DNA from: an uncultured Gemmatimonadales bacterium
Lineage (GTDB): Bacteria > Gemmatimonadota > Gemmatimonadetes > Gemmatimonadales > GWC2-71-9
NCBI GenBank assembly: GCA_963815325.1
Contig: CAWFGG010000011.1
Span: forward strand, 70,645 to 134,644
DNA length: 64,000 bases
Reading direction: 5' to 3'
The translations under genes and the position numbers were made by a program. Under the pieces are notes generated by a model. It saw only the letters and a program-made list of their open reading frames with translations. It ran no database searches and was not told where the DNA came from. Below, piece by piece: positions 63,180 to 64,000 of the stretch. Within the stretch, counting starts at the first letter, position 1; each line of letters begins with the position of its first letter.

Positions 63180-64000
63180 CTACGTGCTGGCGGTCGGGAA
63201 ATCGGCAAGGAAGTACGATCGACTCGCGTAGTCGATCAACTCGGTGGAGAGCGTGGCTTCGACCTCGAGGTATCTCGCTATGTCGCTCAGGTGATCCACC
63301 AGATCGCGCGGGTGACACCCGCGGGGCTCGATGGACCGCTTTCCATAGTATTCGTGGTAGATGTACTCGATCGACCTCGGGTTTGAACGGAATGCCCTTG
63401 GCCTCGCAACAGCGCCGGAAGATCTGCTGGTACTGGACGGGGCGTTGGGCTCTCGACCTCGACCTTGTAGTGGATTCGCCGGAGGAAGGCCTCTTCGACC
63501 AGCGATTGAGGATCAAGGTTGGTCGCGAAGATCAGGAGACAATCGAATGGAACAGGGAATTTGCCGCCGGTGTGGAGCGTCAGGAAGTCGACGTTCTTCT
63601 CCAACGGGACAATCCAGCGATTCAGGAGATCGCGCGGCGGTACGCGCTGCCGGCCGAAATCGTCCACGATCAGGACACCGCCGGTTGCCTTCGTTTGGAA
63701 CGGCGCCTGGTAAAACTTCGTATGCTCGTCATACTGCAAGTCGAGTTGCTCCAGCGTCAATTCACCGCCGGTGAGCACGACAGGGCGTCGGACCTTGACG
63801 AATCGGGCGTCGAACTCGGCAGCGTCACTGCGCCAGAGCAGCTCGATCCCGGGCTGGTCCTCCGCGCGGTCCGCAGGGCTGGCCACGCGGTGATAGATCG
63901 GGTCGAGCAAGAGCATCACCTGCCCGTCGATTTCCACGGCGTGCGGGACGAAGATCTCTCCGCCGAGCATTCGGGCGATGGTCTCGGCAATCGCGGTCTT
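63180..64000 (-). pseudogene. AAA+ ATPase (5' end outside the window) with two frame breaks near its 3' end
   Basis: The ORF is open to the window edge (..KTAIAETIARMLGG). The Walker B motif is VLIVDDFG and sensor 1 is IFATN. The frame changes after VEVESPTP (~63447), giving VQYQQIFRRCCEAKGIPFKPEV. It changes again (~63375), giving EYIYHEYYGKRSIEPRGCHPRDLVDHLSDIARYLEVE... up to TAG 63180-63182. Confidence 0.65.

Noticed and set aside
1-64000. A window-wide look for CRISPR arrays, tRNA/rRNA genes, IS elements, integrases, phage genes and long direct repeats
   Set aside because: None was recognised by eye. The only repeat-like structures seen are intragenic protein repeats and short palindromes. 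A computational repeat, tRNAscan and Rfam scan would be needed to exclude small elements.

Overview
CDS coordinates include the stop codon, as in the supplied ORF track. This is a densely coding, high-GC chromosomal segment (GC judged by eye, not computed). The organism has a Gram-negative-type envelope: an outer-membrane barrel, lipoproteins, and an ECF sigma factor paired with a TPR Ser/Thr kinase. Gene content is reminiscent of Gemmatimonadota or Acidobacteriota, but that cannot be proven from this window.

I can support about 70 protein-coding genes. Many are joined by ATGA, GTGA or TGATG stop/start overlaps. I recognised no rRNA, tRNA, CRISPR array, transposase, integrase or phage gene.

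Main blocks, left to right:
- Housekeeping and stress genes: GNAT, AlkD-like repair, ECF sigma plus Ser/Thr kinase, pirin, heme oxygenase, agmatinase, YcaQ/AlkZ-like glycosylase, TerB.
- A 2-oxoacid:ferredoxin oxidoreductase operon whose gamma and delta subunits are fused through a GltD/NfnB-like flavoprotein.
- A DMT-lipoprotein-DDAH operon.
- mazEF, followed on the same strand by a 4-hydroxybenzoyl-CoA-reductase-like molybdenum hydroxylase.
- A barrel-ZnuA-ZnuB cluster with no ATPase.
- An M1 peptidase and a triple-GAF protein.
- A copZ-cupredoxin-copA-csoR operon.
- A LOG / deoxyhypusine-synthase-like / MFS operon.
- An ndh-queG-DUF4112-plsC-cytochrome c string.
- A BMP-type ABC transporter operon. 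A lower-GC insert carrying a methyltransferase-kinase-like fusion on the opposite strand splits it.
- An origin-proximal-type region: mnmG, a perfect parS, then parA-parB-M23 peptidase-bactofilin.

Four reading-frame breaks are visible: one in a DUF962 gene, one in mnmG, and two in a terminal AAA ATPase. Either the assembly has indel errors or these are real pseudogenes.

The candidates I rate most worth follow-up are:
- the operon-splitting methyltransferase-pseudokinase insert;
- the translationally coupled parAB-M23-bactofilin unit with its 36-bp palindromic parS;
- the PorG-GltD-PorD fusion;
- the HcrCAB-like enzyme, which has a four-Cys insertion in its FAD subunit.

All functional calls come from motif recognition by eye. 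No database search was run.
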